A stretch of 40,119 nucleotides of DNA from Trueperaceae bacterium. Its GTDB lineage: Bacteria; Deinococcota; Deinococci; Deinococcales; Trueperaceae. The translations under genes and the position numbers were made by a program. The notes below the pieces were generated by a model, which made no database searches, was not told where the DNA came from, and saw only the letters and a list, made by a program, of their open reading frames with translations. Of the stretch, positions 1 through 9,365 are shown piece after piece; within the stretch, counting starts at the first letter, position 1; each line of letters starts with the position of its first letter. The stretch is from contig DASSXV010000086.1 in NCBI GenBank assembly GCA_035703635.1, positions 1-40,119 on the forward strand. The letters are read 5' to 3'.

Positions 1-836
1 TCGACGCCCGTGACGTAGAACGGCAGGTGCCGCGCGCCCGCGTTGGGCTGGAACTCCGTTACCGGCAGGAAGTTCTCCGGGTGAAAACCGATCACCTCGT
101 CGGCCGTGCGGATGAGGTTCATGGCCGGCGAACCCATGAAACGCGCAACGAACGTGTTCCCAGGTTCGCGGTAGATGTCGCTCGGCGTGCCGATCTGCTC
201 GATCTTGCCGTGGTTCATGACGGCCACGCGCTCGCCCAACCCCATGGCCTCGACCTGATCATGCGTGACGTACACGGTCGTTATTCCAACGCGCTGGTGC
301 AGCTTCTTGAGCTCGTGGCGAGCTAGGTGGCGCAGCTTGGCGTCGAGGTTGGAGAGCGGCTCGTCGAGGAGGAAGAGGTTCGGCTCGCGCACGAGGGCGC
401 GGGCGAGAGCCACGCGCTGGCGCTCGCCGCCTGAAAGCGCGCGCGGCTTGCGCTGCAGCAGGTGGCCGATGCCGAAGAGGTTGGCGGCCCACTCAACCTT
501 CTGCTGGATGGCGGCGCGCTGCATGCCGACCGCCTCGAGCGGGAAGGAGATGTTCTTGCCGACGGTCTTGTGAGGGTAGAGGGCGTAACTCTGGAACACC
601 ATGGCGATGTTGCGGGCGTTGGGGGGCAGGTCGTTGACTACCTGCCCCCCTATCAGCACGTCGCCTGACGTGAGCTTCTCGAGCCCCGCGATGGTGCGCA
701 TGAGGGTCGTCTTGCCCGACCCGGAGGCGCCAAGCAGGACGAGGAACTCGCCGTCCTTCACGTCGAGGTCAACGCCGTCTACGGCACGCACTCCGCCGAA
801 GTGCGTGTGCAGCGACTTGACCGCGAGGGTGGCCAC
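1..836 (-). CDS. Sugar ABC transporter ATP-binding protein (MalK-like), 3' end truncated by the window edge
   Basis: Not in the ORF track. Manual translation from GTG at 836 gives MATLAVKSLHTHFGGVRAVDGVDLDVKDGEFLVLLGASGSGKTT (Walker A), IAMVFQSYALYPH (Q-loop), LSGGERQRVALARAL (signature), LFLLDEPLSNLD (Walker B) and VYVTHDQVEAM (H-loop). Confidence 0.95.
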   Translation of the reverse strand, partial: MATLAVKSLHTHFGGVRAVDGVDLDVKDGEFLVLLGASGSGKTTLMRTIAGLEKLTSGDVLIGGQVVNDLPPNARNIAMVFQSYALYPHKTVGKNISFPLEAVGMQRAAIQQKVEWAANLFGIGHLLQRKPRALSGGERQRVALARALVREPNLFLLDEPLSNLDAKLRHLARHELKKLHQRVGITTVYVTHDQVEAMGLGERVAVMNHGKIEQIGTPSDIYREPGNTFVARFMGSPAMNLIRTADEVIGFHPENFLPVTEFQPNAGARHLPFYVTGV

Positions 837-872
837 GTCAGGCCGCCCAGGGGCAGGGGCGAGGGTCCAAGG

Positions 873-2306
873 TCAGATCAGTCCGCGCTGGCGCCAGGCA
901 TCGAAGATCTTGCGCGCCTCCGCTGCGGCTGTGCGGATGGAATCCTCCGTCGATTCGTCCCCGCGCACCGCGCGCGCGAACATGTTGGGGATGACGAAGG
1001 TGTTGAACGCCTCGGCCACGGCGGGGCTGGTGTAGCCGGGGCGCCCGACGTTGGTGGTCCACTCCACGGCGTTCTTCAGGGGCTTGAGCTTCCCGACGGC
1101 CTCACCCTCGAGGCGGAAGGGGTCGTCTTCGAACCACGCCTCGTGCAGGTCGGCGAAGGTCGTTGCGCCTGCTACGGCAGGGAAATCGCCGTTGCCAGTT
1201 ATCGGCGAGTTGAAGAAGCTCGGGGAGTTGTAGAGCTTGCTCGCGTACATGGCTTGGTCGTAGTTCGCGGCGAGGTCGAGGACGAACTGCTTGGCGGCGT
1301 CGACGTTCTTGGCGTGCTGCGGAACGATGTAGTTGTAGATCACGTGCGCGTTGCTCCACGCGCTGCCGCGCGGGCCGTGCAGGGCCGGCCCGAAGTAGAC
1401 GTCCTTGGCGATGTCCGGCACGTCGGCCTGCGCCGAGCGGTAGGCGGAGATGGAGTTCATGATGTAACTCGCCCGGCCGGCGATGAGCGCCTGGTTGTTG
1501 GACGCCGCGTTCCAGGCGAAGACCTCGGGGGTCATGGCGGCGTCGTAGAGGCGCTTCATGAAGTTGACGGCCTCGACGGCGTTGGTGAACGCGTCGCCCT
1601 GGTCGATGACGATGTTGCTGTTGACGTCCTGCAGCATGCTGTCGAACGAGTAGAGGATGGCGCGGTGCGCCATGTTGGAGTCAAGCTCCTGCGCTAGCCC
1701 GATGCCGAGCTGCACGCCCTGCTCGTCGCGGATCTTGCCGCCGATGGTTACCAGGTCCTCCCAGGTCGTTGGGCCGTCCGCCATGCCGGCTTTGTCCCAC
1801 AGGCTGCGGCGGTAGTTGGCCGGGTCGATCGTCCAGCCTATGCAGAACCCGAAGTACTTGTCGGTTACGGGGTTGTACGAGTAGTGCTTGGACAGGTCCA
1901 GCTGCCCGCCTAGGTTATTGCTGGCATCCTGGTTGATGTCCGTGAGGTCGAGGAGGCTCGGCTCGAACTGCCCGGCCTCGGCGCCGACTATCTCGATGAG
2001 GTCGTGGCCGCTGCCGGCCGAGATCTCTGCCGCCACCGTGGTGGGGAGGTCGGCGAGGTTGACGTGGTCGACGATGACGTTCACGCCGTTAGCCGCGCCC
2101 CACTCCTTGGCGTAGGCGTCGAACCAGGTGTCGTAGCTCGGGACGAAGTGACTCCACTGCAAGATGCGCAGCGTGCCGCTCTGCCCTTGCGCCCTGAGGA
2201 TGGAGGGGCCAGCCGCGGCCGCCGCGGCCGCCACGCCGACCAGCTTCATGAACGAACGCCGCGAGATGCGCCTACCGAACGGATCTAGCTTGTAGAACGG
2301 GTCCAT
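873..2306 (-). CDS. Carbohydrate ABC transporter substrate-binding protein with Tat signal
   Basis: 477-aa ORF with a twin-arginine motif (SRRSFMK) followed by an Ala-rich helix. It has family-1 SBP features (LRILQWSHFVP, NYRRSLWDKAG, PTTWEDL) and lies directly upstream of the ATPase on the same strand. Confidence 0.9.
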   Translation of the reverse strand: MDPFYKLDPFGRRISRRSFMKLVGVAAAAAAAGPSILRAQGQSGTLRILQWSHFVPSYDTWFDAYAKEWGAANGVNVIVDHVNLADLPTTVAAEISAGSGHDLIEIVGAEAGQFEPSLLDLTDINQDASNNLGGQLDLSKHYSYNPVTDKYFGFCIGWTIDPANYRRSLWDKAGMADGPTTWEDLVTIGGKIRDEQGVQLGIGLAQELDSNMAHRAILYSFDSMLQDVNSNIVIDQGDAFTNAVEAVNFMKRLYDAAMTPEVFAWNAASNNQALIAGRASYIMNSISAYRSAQADVPDIAKDVYFGPALHGPRGSAWSNAHVIYNYIVPQHAKNVDAAKQFVLDLAANYDQAMYASKLYNSPSFFNSPITGNGDFPAVAGATTFADLHEAWFEDDPFRLEGEAVGKLKPLKNAVEWTTNVGRPGYTSPAVAEAFNTFVIPNMFARAVRGDESTEDSIRTAAAEARKIFDAWRQRGLI

Positions 2307-2785
2307 CGCCAGAATGCTCCTTCCTCACCCGCGGTTGACCCGCGGGCCCCATGACGTGCACGGGAACAATGCGTGGCCGCGCCCGCGCCGCAAGTGGCGA
2401 TGGGAAGAAGGAGGGGTGGGAGGCAACGTGCAACGCGGACGCTGGCACCTTGGTCTTACCTGGTTGCTGGTTGGCCTCCCCTCGTGCGCGGCCAACGTGA
2501 GTGGCCGATGTGAGCAGTCCGTGTGCGTGGCTCGCGCACGGCCGGTGAGCGGCCGGAATGGGTAACCCAGATTCGGGTTCGACCGCGCGGCTAGCGAGCC
2601 TGATTGACTAACTAGCGTCAACATAGGCCCTCATGAGGGTTCGTGCAAGGTCTGATGAGCGGTAGCGGCGTTTCATGCGACAAGTGCCTAGCGTCTCTAG
2701 GCGCAAGCCCGCCAAAACCCGACTGTTAGCGGCTAGCCTGTTCTCACGAAAACGCCACTTCAGCTTCGTCCGGAGGTCTTGGCAC

Positions 2786-3367
2786 ATGAGCACCAGCGCA
2801 CCACCACCAGGCATGGTCCTAGCAGACGACGGTATCGCCCGCCCCCCTTGGGCGGCGGCCCACCCGCTGCTGCGCGACTACTACGACCACGAGTGGGGCG
2901 TGCCGCTACACGAAGAGCGCGCCCTGTTCGAACTCCTCAGCCTCGAAGCGTTCCAAGCGGGCCTGTCGTGGAGCACCATCCTCAAGAAGCGCACGGCGTT
3001 TCGCGCGGCGTTCGCTGGCTTCGAACCAGAGACCGTCGCACGCTTCGACGATGCGCGCACCCTTCAACTCATGCAAGACGCTGGCATCGTGCGCAATCGC
3101 CGCAAGATCGAGGCGACTGTCGCCAACGCGCGCGCCACCATCGCCATGCGGGAGGAAGGCGGCCTCGAACGCCTCGTCTGGTCGTTCGAGCCGACCGCCG
3201 GGGCGGCACAAGCAGCCGCGCGGGCGGCCACCGTGTCGCCAGAGTCAACGGCGCTCTCCAAGGCGCTACGCGCCAGAGGGTTCAAGTTCGTAGGCCCAAC
3301 CACCATGCACGCCTTCATGCAGGCGGCAGGAGTGATCGACGTGCACCCATCAGGGAGGGAGCGCTGA
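2786..3367 (+). CDS. tag: DNA-3-methyladenine glycosylase I
   Basis: Motifs YYDHEWGVP, LFELLSLEAFQAGLSWSTILKKR, GIVRNRRKIEA and GFKFVGPTT. GGAGG RBS at 2772-2776 supports the ATG at 2786 rather than the ORF-track start at 2675. Confidence 0.95.
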   Translation: MSTSAPPPGMVLADDGIARPPWAAAHPLLRDYYDHEWGVPLHEERALFELLSLEAFQAGLSWSTILKKRTAFRAAFAGFEPETVARFDDARTLQLMQDAGIVRNRRKIEATVANARATIAMREEGGLERLVWSFEPTAGAAQAAARAATVSPESTALSKALRARGFKFVGPTTMHAFMQAAGVIDVHPSGRER

Positions 3368-3423
3368 CGACGCCCGCCAGCCGCGTTCAGCTGCCCCGGA
3401 CGCTGTTCTGATAGTGTCGCCCC

Positions 3424-4392
3424 ATGAGATCAGGAATTACGGGGGGCGTCGTGAATGAAGGCGTGACGGGAGTAGTTAAGGGTGCCGCGGTCAAGGGCGC
3501 GCCAACACTGGTGATGAGGCGCCTGCTACTTACGCTGGTGGCGATCTGCACCTGCGCTTACGGCGCTGCCGCTTTCGCACAAGACGGCGCGGGCGAACCA
3601 GAAGAAACCTTCGCAGAAGGCCAGTTCGCGGCGGTGGAGCGCGACCTGGCTAACGAGGCCGCACCAGCCGTCTTCGCCGTTGGCCTCTCAGCCGGCTTCC
3701 CCGCCTACCAGACGGTTGCGCTGAACGTCTCGCTTCAAGCGCAGTTCGTAGGCGCGCAACTCAAGGGAAGCTGGACCCCCGCCGGCGTGTACTTGGGCGG
3801 CCAACTGCGCGCCTACCCGCCCATCCCTGTGCCGATCCCCCTGTACGTTGGCGTGGGCGGCGGAATCTACGGTCCGTTCGCGAGTTACCACTTCGCGGTC
3901 GGCACCCACGTGCCGCTTGGGACTGCCCTACGCCTCGACCTCGAAGGGGGAGTGGCGAACGTTCCGCAACTGGATAAGCGCGGCTGGGTGCCCCACCTCG
4001 CCGCTGGCATCAGTTACGCCTTCCCCGTCGAGCTGTCGGCAGCCACGGGCCCGACCTCGGCCACCGTCGGCGGCTCCGCGCCGCAGCCCGCGGCGCGCTG
4101 CGAGACCCCAAGCGAACCTAACCGCGAGCAGATCCCCGGCATCATCGATGACATGGTCGACGACTTCATCCTCAGCGCACGAGCGACCTACGGCAGCGTC
4201 TACACGGGCCTCAGCTACGGTTACAAGATCGGCAGCGTGCGCATCTCGGGCAAGACGGCCAACGTCAGCGTCAACTACTCGGGCAGCGTCACCGAGATCC
4301 TCACCGGAACCAGCCACAGCGCATCGGGCACGGCCAAAGTGCAGCTGACCTGGACCGGTTGCGCATGGGGTGGCGGCAGCATCGACTACTAA
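3424..4392 (+). CDS. Secreted hypothetical protein, possible small outer-membrane beta-barrel plus C-terminal domain
   Basis: Signal-peptide-like MRRLLLTLVAICTCAYGAAAFAQ (alternative start 3514), amphipathic beta-strand-like segments (LYVGVGGG, LRLDLEGG, LAAGISYAF), a Pro/Ala/Thr linker and a second domain. Confidence 0.6.
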   Translation: MRSGITGGVVNEGVTGVVKGAAVKGAPTLVMRRLLLTLVAICTCAYGAAAFAQDGAGEPEETFAEGQFAAVERDLANEAAPAVFAVGLSAGFPAYQTVALNVSLQAQFVGAQLKGSWTPAGVYLGGQLRAYPPIPVPIPLYVGVGGGIYGPFASYHFAVGTHVPLGTALRLDLEGGVANVPQLDKRGWVPHLAAGISYAFPVELSAATGPTSATVGGSAPQPAARCETPSEPNREQIPGIIDDMVDDFILSARATYGSVYTGLSYGYKIGSVRISGKTANVSVNYSGSVTEILTGTSHSASGTAKVQLTWTGCAWGGGSIDY

Positions 4393-4495
4393 CCGCCCGG
4401 CGCGCGTGGAGAAACCCACACCGGACGCGAAAATGGGTGCCACCTCACTCTTCTCACTGGCGCTGAAACGAGACTCGAAGCACGAGGGGACTGCC

Positions 4496-4569
4496 CTCGA
4501 AACGCGATAAAACCCGGTCTGTATCTGGGCGCCTGGGCCGGGTGGAGCGAGTGGCGCAACCGGTTCGAG
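4496..4569 (+). ncRNA. Cyclic di-GMP-II riboswitch aptamer (#1), upstream of the GH114 gene
   Basis: Sequence CTCGAAACGCGATAAA ACCCGGTC TGTATCTGGGCGCCTG GGCCGGGT GGAGCGAGTGGCGCAACCGGTTCGAG. It has a closing stem CTCGA/TCGAG, an 8-bp inner stem (4512-4519/4536-4543), a pseudoknot GCGCC 4529-4533/GGCGC 4553-4557, and the conserved TGGGC...GAG..AGT....CAACCG pattern of the class II (RF01786-type) aptamer. Confidence 0.85.
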
Positions 4570-4645
4570 TAGGCAAAGCCGCTTTTTCGTCTACATGTGC
4601 CGCAACTTGCTCCCGACAAGGCCTCGAGAAGCGGGGAAGCTGCAG

Positions 4646-5815
4646 ATGAACGCCAAACCCGGGAGCAGCGGCAAAGCCAAGATGATCACGTTACTCATCG
4701 GCAGTTTAGTGGTGGCTCTGGCCGCTGGCTGCTCCGCGACGGCCGCGCCGCAAGTGGCCGCCGGGATGATCCTCGCCAGCCACCACGCATCGCTTGACCA
4801 AGCCTTCCCGCTCGACGGTCAGCGCGTCAACGGCGAACTCCACGTGTTCGTGACCGAACCGGAGTCGAAGCTGAAGTTCGTCGACTTCTTCGTAGAGGAC
4901 TCTGCCGGCGAGCAAGTGAGAATCCGCCGCGACGACACCGCTCCATTCACCCCCATGCCAGACGGCGAACCCCTACGCCTTGACGACCTTGGTGAGGGCA
5001 GGCACGTCATCATCGGCGAACTGCACGACCTAGACGGTGGCACCACCGTCGCGCGCGCCGAGTTCGAAGTTGCGGCCACTACGGACCAGGCGCCGCCAAC
5101 CACACCGACCGGCGAGATCTGGCGGCCGAGGCCGGGTACTTCGTGGCAGTGGCAGCTAAGCGGGAAGCTTGACCTGAGCGTAGAGGCGGACGTGTACGAC
5201 ATCGACCTCGAGCTCACGTCGGCGGAAACCATCGCGCAGCTCCACGCCGCTGGCCGCCGCGTCATCTGCTACTTCAGCGCAGGCAGCTTCGAGTCGGTCC
5301 GCTCCGACGCCGCGCTCTTCCCCGCGTCCGTGAAGGGCAAGGCGATGGACGGCTGGCCTGAGCAGTGGCTCGACATCCGCGCCATCGACGCCCTGGCACC
5401 CGTCATGCTCGGCCGCCTCGACCTAGCCAGGGCCAAGGGCTGCGATGCGGTGGAGCCAGACAACGTCGACGGCTACGCCAACGACACCGGCTTCAACCTG
5501 CGCGCCGCCGACCAGTTGGCCTACAACCGCTGGCTGGCGAACGCCGCGCACGAACGCGGCCTGGCCATAGCCCTCAAGAACGACCTCGATCAGGTGCGCG
5601 ACCTCGTCGACTACTTCGACTTCGCCATCAACGAGGAGTGCTTCAGTTGGAACGAGTGCGAGCTGCTCACGCCGTTCATTCAAGCGGGCAAGGCCGTGTT
5701 CGGCGCCGAGTACGAACTCTCGACCGGCAGTTTCTGCTCCAAAGCGATTGCATTGAACATGGACTTCATCCTGAAGGACTGGAACCTCGGTGCTGCCCGC
5801 ACCTCCTGCAGGTAG
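4646..5815 (+). CDS. Endo-alpha-1,4-polygalactosaminidase, GH114 (Ega3-like), lipoprotein with an N-terminal Ig-like domain
   Basis: Lipobox ALAAGC and GH114 motifs WQWQL, VYDIDL, VICYFSAGS, WLDIR, KGCDAVEPDNVDGY, LKNDLDQ, FAINEEC and KAVFGAEY. Start ATG is at 4646 or 4682. Confidence 0.9.
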   Translation: MNAKPGSSGKAKMITLLIGSLVVALAAGCSATAAPQVAAGMILASHHASLDQAFPLDGQRVNGELHVFVTEPESKLKFVDFFVEDSAGEQVRIRRDDTAPFTPMPDGEPLRLDDLGEGRHVIIGELHDLDGGTTVARAEFEVAATTDQAPPTTPTGEIWRPRPGTSWQWQLSGKLDLSVEADVYDIDLELTSAETIAQLHAAGRRVICYFSAGSFESVRSDAALFPASVKGKAMDGWPEQWLDIRAIDALAPVMLGRLDLARAKGCDAVEPDNVDGYANDTGFNLRAADQLAYNRWLANAAHERGLAIALKNDLDQVRDLVDYFDFAINEECFSWNECELLTPFIQAGKAVFGAEYELSTGSFCSKAIALNMDFILKDWNLGAARTSCR

Positions 5816-5822
5816 CCGCTGT

Positions 5823-6536
5823 TCAGCCCGGCAAGCCGGTGACGTTACGGTTCGTGACCTGGACGCGCAGCCCGAGGTGGGTGCCGCGCTGCACCGCGAA
5901 GTCCGCTAAGTCTGGCTTGTTGGCGTAATCCAGGGCGTACACCTCACGGCCCGTAGCCCGCAGTAGCCGCAGGCGGGTGGCGTTGTCGAGGAGCTCGCGG
6001 CCGCGCAGCGCGCGGTAGCCGTCCTCCCACGTCGTCGAGAACGACTCGAACAAGAAGCCGTCAACGAACGGCGCTATCTCGCGGTGCAGGTGGTGACCGC
6101 GGTTGGCCAACAGGTAGCCGTCGCCGACCACGCCGCGCAGTTCGCTTAGTAGCGTCACCAAAGCCACCCGGCCGCCCGCCAACATGGGCGGAGTCTCGAG
6201 CGTGTCCAGCAGCAGCCCGGTGAAGCCGTCAGCCAACGCCACGTCTGCTTGCGCCCGCACGTGAGCCAACCACTCAGGGTGAGCCGGGTCTACGTAATGG
6301 CCGCCCCAGATGGGGTTGCGTTCGGCGAGTTGCCACGGCGCCTCGGGGCCCGTGTCCTCACCCAACGACAAGTAGGCCAACGCTTGGGTGCCGTGGGCGG
6401 CGAGGAGCTTGATGTCGGACGGGAAGTAGTGATCGGCCTGCAGTACCACGCGCTTGTGCCGTGCGAGGGTCGCCACCTCGCCGGAACCGTAGTAGACGAG
6501 GAGGTCGGGGTGGGACCTAGAGGAGGTAGACGGCAT
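5823..6536 (-). CDS. PelA-hydrolase-like (GH166/TM1410-like) alpha-1,4-galactosaminidase domain protein
   Basis: Motifs VYYG, LAYLSLGE, NPIWGGHYVD, GFTGLLLDT, LLANRG, VDGFLFES and YALDY. Its start overlaps the end of the upstream membrane-protein gene. Confidence 0.8.
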   Translation of the reverse strand: MPSTSSRSHPDLLVYYGSGEVATLARHKRVVLQADHYFPSDIKLLAAHGTQALAYLSLGEDTGPEAPWQLAERNPIWGGHYVDPAHPEWLAHVRAQADVALADGFTGLLLDTLETPPMLAGGRVALVTLLSELRGVVGDGYLLANRGHHLHREIAPFVDGFLFESFSTTWEDGYRALRGRELLDNATRLRLLRATGREVYALDYANKPDLADFAVQRGTHLGLRVQVTNRNVTGLPG

Positions 6537-7842
6537 AGCGGCCCACCTGCCTGACGCGCAACTGGGCTACGAGCAGCAAGACAAGCGCGAGGTAGGCGCT
6601 GACCACCAAGAACGGCATGCCAGCCACCGCCGCCACGCCGGCGAGCAGGAACGGGATGCTCGCCCCGGCCGGGTTCCCGAGCGCGAAACCAACGACCGAG
6701 ATGCCCAGGCTGAGGCCGAAGAGGCCGAAAGCGAACCAGTAGAAGTGCCAGCCCCCCACGCCCAGCACCGCCTCGATGATCAGCGCGGCAAGCAGCGGCA
6801 GGACGTACATGCCGACGTAAACGAACAACGCCGTGTGCGCGTACGTGCGGAACCCGGACGCGCTGGTCGAGCGCCACAGGCGCGCCGTGAGCGCAGCCTT
6901 GAGCATGATGAGGAAGCGTTGCGAGAGCAACAGCACCAGGAGCAATAGGACCCCGCCAGGCACCACGTCGCCAGCCGGGTCCTCGTGGCGCAGGAGCGCC
7001 AGGATGAGCAGCCCCTGTCCGACGCCGTAGAGGAACGGGTGCAGAGCAACGCCGATGCTGCGGCGCAACCAATCGAAGATGGGCCGCGTATCGCGCCACG
7101 CGAGCGGCAAGCACATTGCGGCCACGGCGACGACCACGATCAGTTGCGGCATCACTGCAGGCACGGGGAGCAGCGTGGCCAGTACGAGGCCAAGCAGTAC
7201 GAGCAGCGGAACGGTCAATGCCGCGACCCGCCTCTCGGCCCACAGCAGCGCGCCGACCGCGAACCACGTCAGTGTCGGGGCGAGGGTCGCTAACCCGTAC
7301 TGCAGCAGTGCCCAACTCCCGACTATCGCAAGTATGCCAAGTTGCACGAGGAACGCGAGGACGACGCCTTGCTCAGTCCGCAGCAGTTCTCCCTTGGCCT
7401 TCTGCAGCACGGCGGCGCCAACCTGCGACCACACGAGGATAACCATGGCGGGCGCCAGCATCTCGACCTGACTGAAGGCTCCGAGAAGGAAAGTGGCCAC
7501 GAACGCTAAGCCCATGGCCACCGGCGTTGCCCAATCGCCAGTGCGTTTACGTTTCACCTTGTAGCGGTCGCGTATGCGCGGCGTGCGCGCGTAAAGCTGG
7601 TGCGCCAACTCGAAGTGGCTGCTTACCCCGAAGCGCGCCAGCGCCGATGCGCTGTTGTACCCGAGCGCCTCGAGGTGGGCGACGATCTCGTACGGTCCGC
7701 TCGCCTCGAGGCAGAGGAGGTTGAGTGAGCGGCCGAGTTGGTCGACCGGCGCGCGGCTGCGGCGCTCAGGTCCGTCCCAGTTGCTAGCCGCCACTTCTGG
7801 GGGCACGTAATCGGGTGGGGTGTAAGCGACCGGCTGGCTCAC
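6517..7842 (-). CDS. Multi-pass membrane protein coupled to PelF (putative exporter/PelG functional analogue)
   Basis: About 10 or more hydrophobic segments follow a soluble N-terminus (EIVAHLEALGY...ARFG..SHFELAHQLYARTPR). GTGA start/stop overlap with pelF at 7839-7842. Confidence 0.65.
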   Translation of the reverse strand: MSQPVAYTPPDYVPPEVAASNWDGPERRSRAPVDQLGRSLNLLCLEASGPYEIVAHLEALGYNSASALARFGVSSHFELAHQLYARTPRIRDRYKVKRKRTGDWATPVAMGLAFVATFLLGAFSQVEMLAPAMVILVWSQVGAAVLQKAKGELLRTEQGVVLAFLVQLGILAIVGSWALLQYGLATLAPTLTWFAVGALLWAERRVAALTVPLLVLLGLVLATLLPVPAVMPQLIVVVAVAAMCLPLAWRDTRPIFDWLRRSIGVALHPFLYGVGQGLLILALLRHEDPAGDVVPGGVLLLLVLLLSQRFLIMLKAALTARLWRSTSASGFRTYAHTALFVYVGMYVLPLLAALIIEAVLGVGGWHFYWFAFGLFGLSLGISVVGFALGNPAGASIPFLLAGVAAVAGMPFLVVSAYLALVLLLVAQLRVRQVGRYAVYLL

Positions 7843-9254
7843 CGCGCCAACCCAACGCGGCTGGAGCGCGAGCCCATCTCGCCGTACAGTCCGCGGTAGC
7901 CGTCGTACATGCGCGAGAGCGTGAAGAGGCTAAGCGCGCGCTCCCTGGCGCCCTCACCGAGGCGACGCCTCAGCGGCACGTCGACTAATAGTTCAGCGAG
8001 GGCGGTGCCAAACTCCTCGGGCGCCCGCGGGTCGACCATGCGGCCGAAATCGCCGACAGCCTCGCCCACGCCCCCGACCTGCGTTGCCACCACTGGCCGG
8101 CCGCACATCATGGCCTCGATGGCCACGTAGGGGAAGCCCTCGGAGATGCTCGAAAGCGCCACGACGTCGGCCGCGTGATACGCGGTGTGAACGGGCTTCA
8201 CGGGGCCCTCGAAGGTCACGGACTTGGAGAGATCGAGTTCCTCGACGAGGCGTCTCACCTTGGCGTTGTATGCCTCGTTGCCCTTCGGCACCGGCCCGAA
8301 GAGCTTGAGGCGAGCCTCCGGCGCCACCTGCGTGACGGTCGTGAACGAACGGACGAGCGTTTCGAGGTCCTTGATGGGGTCGATGCGCCCGACCCACGAC
8401 ACCGTCGGCGCCTGGTCGGCGTGCCACGCCGCTTCGGGGAACGCCTCTGGCGCCACTCCGTTGTAGACCACGCGGGTCTTCTCCGCCGCGGCACCCAACT
8501 CGATCTGCCAGGTGCGGTTGAACTCGCTAACGGACACGACGAGGTCGGCGTCTTCATAGATGAGGCGAGCGAGGGCGAGATAGAAGCGTGAGCGTAGGAG
8601 CTTCATGCCTGGCGGGTTGCCTTCGCTCGTGAGGCTCAGGTAACGCTCGCGCAAGTACAGCCCGTGCTCCGTGAGCATGAGCGGGATGCCGTGCGCCTTG
8701 GCCGCCAACCAGGCCGGAATGGCCGACAAGCCGTTGGAGGTCGTGTGTGCCTGGTCGGCGACGGCGGGGATGAAGAGCAAAGGCCCTAGGGTGCCCTTTA
8801 GCCAATTGACGGATAACGCCACCTCGGCCATTGGCGGTTGTTCGCCGTTGGCGCGCCAGATGGCGAAGCGCACGGCATCCCAGGTGGACGGCTTGTCGAA
8901 ATACGGCCACAAGTCGACGGTGGTGCCGAGCGTGGCGAGGTCTAGCAGGCCCCTAGCGAAAGACTTGATGTCGTCATCTGCGAACCCGAGGAGGTTCTCG
9001 AGCCCGTTCCTGAACTCGAACTCGGCCTTGACCCCGCGGCCGGAACGCGCCGCCCGCGGGGTCCAGAGCCGCGCCGAGGTGAGGGCCCCGACGTTGGCTG
9101 GCAGAGAGTAGGCGGGCTCCGTTGGGAGCGGCCCTGTGACCTCGAGCAGGTGGTAGTCGTAGTCGGACATGCCCCTGACGAGCTGATCGCACCACGTGCT
9201 CACGCCACCCATGATCGACGGGTAGGTGCCTTCCGTTGTGAGCAGGATCTGCAT
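7839..9254 (-). CDS. pelF: GT4 glycosyltransferase PelF-like (DUF3492 N-terminus)
   Basis: Motifs LTTEGTYP..MGGVSTWCDQL, LMLTEHGLYLRER, GRIDPIKDLETL and SISEGFPYVAIEAM. GGAG upstream supports the ATG at 9254. Confidence 0.9.
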   Translation of the reverse strand: MQILLTTEGTYPSIMGGVSTWCDQLVRGMSDYDYHLLEVTGPLPTEPAYSLPANVGALTSARLWTPRAARSGRGVKAEFEFRNGLENLLGFADDDIKSFARGLLDLATLGTTVDLWPYFDKPSTWDAVRFAIWRANGEQPPMAEVALSVNWLKGTLGPLLFIPAVADQAHTTSNGLSAIPAWLAAKAHGIPLMLTEHGLYLRERYLSLTSEGNPPGMKLLRSRFYLALARLIYEDADLVVSVSEFNRTWQIELGAAAEKTRVVYNGVAPEAFPEAAWHADQAPTVSWVGRIDPIKDLETLVRSFTTVTQVAPEARLKLFGPVPKGNEAYNAKVRRLVEELDLSKSVTFEGPVKPVHTAYHAADVVALSSISEGFPYVAIEAMMCGRPVVATQVGGVGEAVGDFGRMVDPRAPEEFGTALAELLVDVPLRRRLGEGARERALSLFTLSRMYDGYRGLYGEMGSRSSRVGLAR

Positions 9255-9365
9255 GACGCTAGCTCCCGCGCACCGCGCCAGCGGCGGTGGCCACGGCAAG
9301 ACCGTGACCTCCGCGCTGGCGACGGAAGGCGAGTGGTGGGAGTGCGGCCACTAGCATGCGCAGTC

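Noticed and set aside
4572-4588. GGCAAAGCC-GCTTTTT after riboswitch #1, as a terminator or c-di-GMP-I start
   Set aside because: The stem is only 3 bp and the rest of the class I (GEMM) motif is absent; the expression platform of riboswitch #1 remains unresolved.
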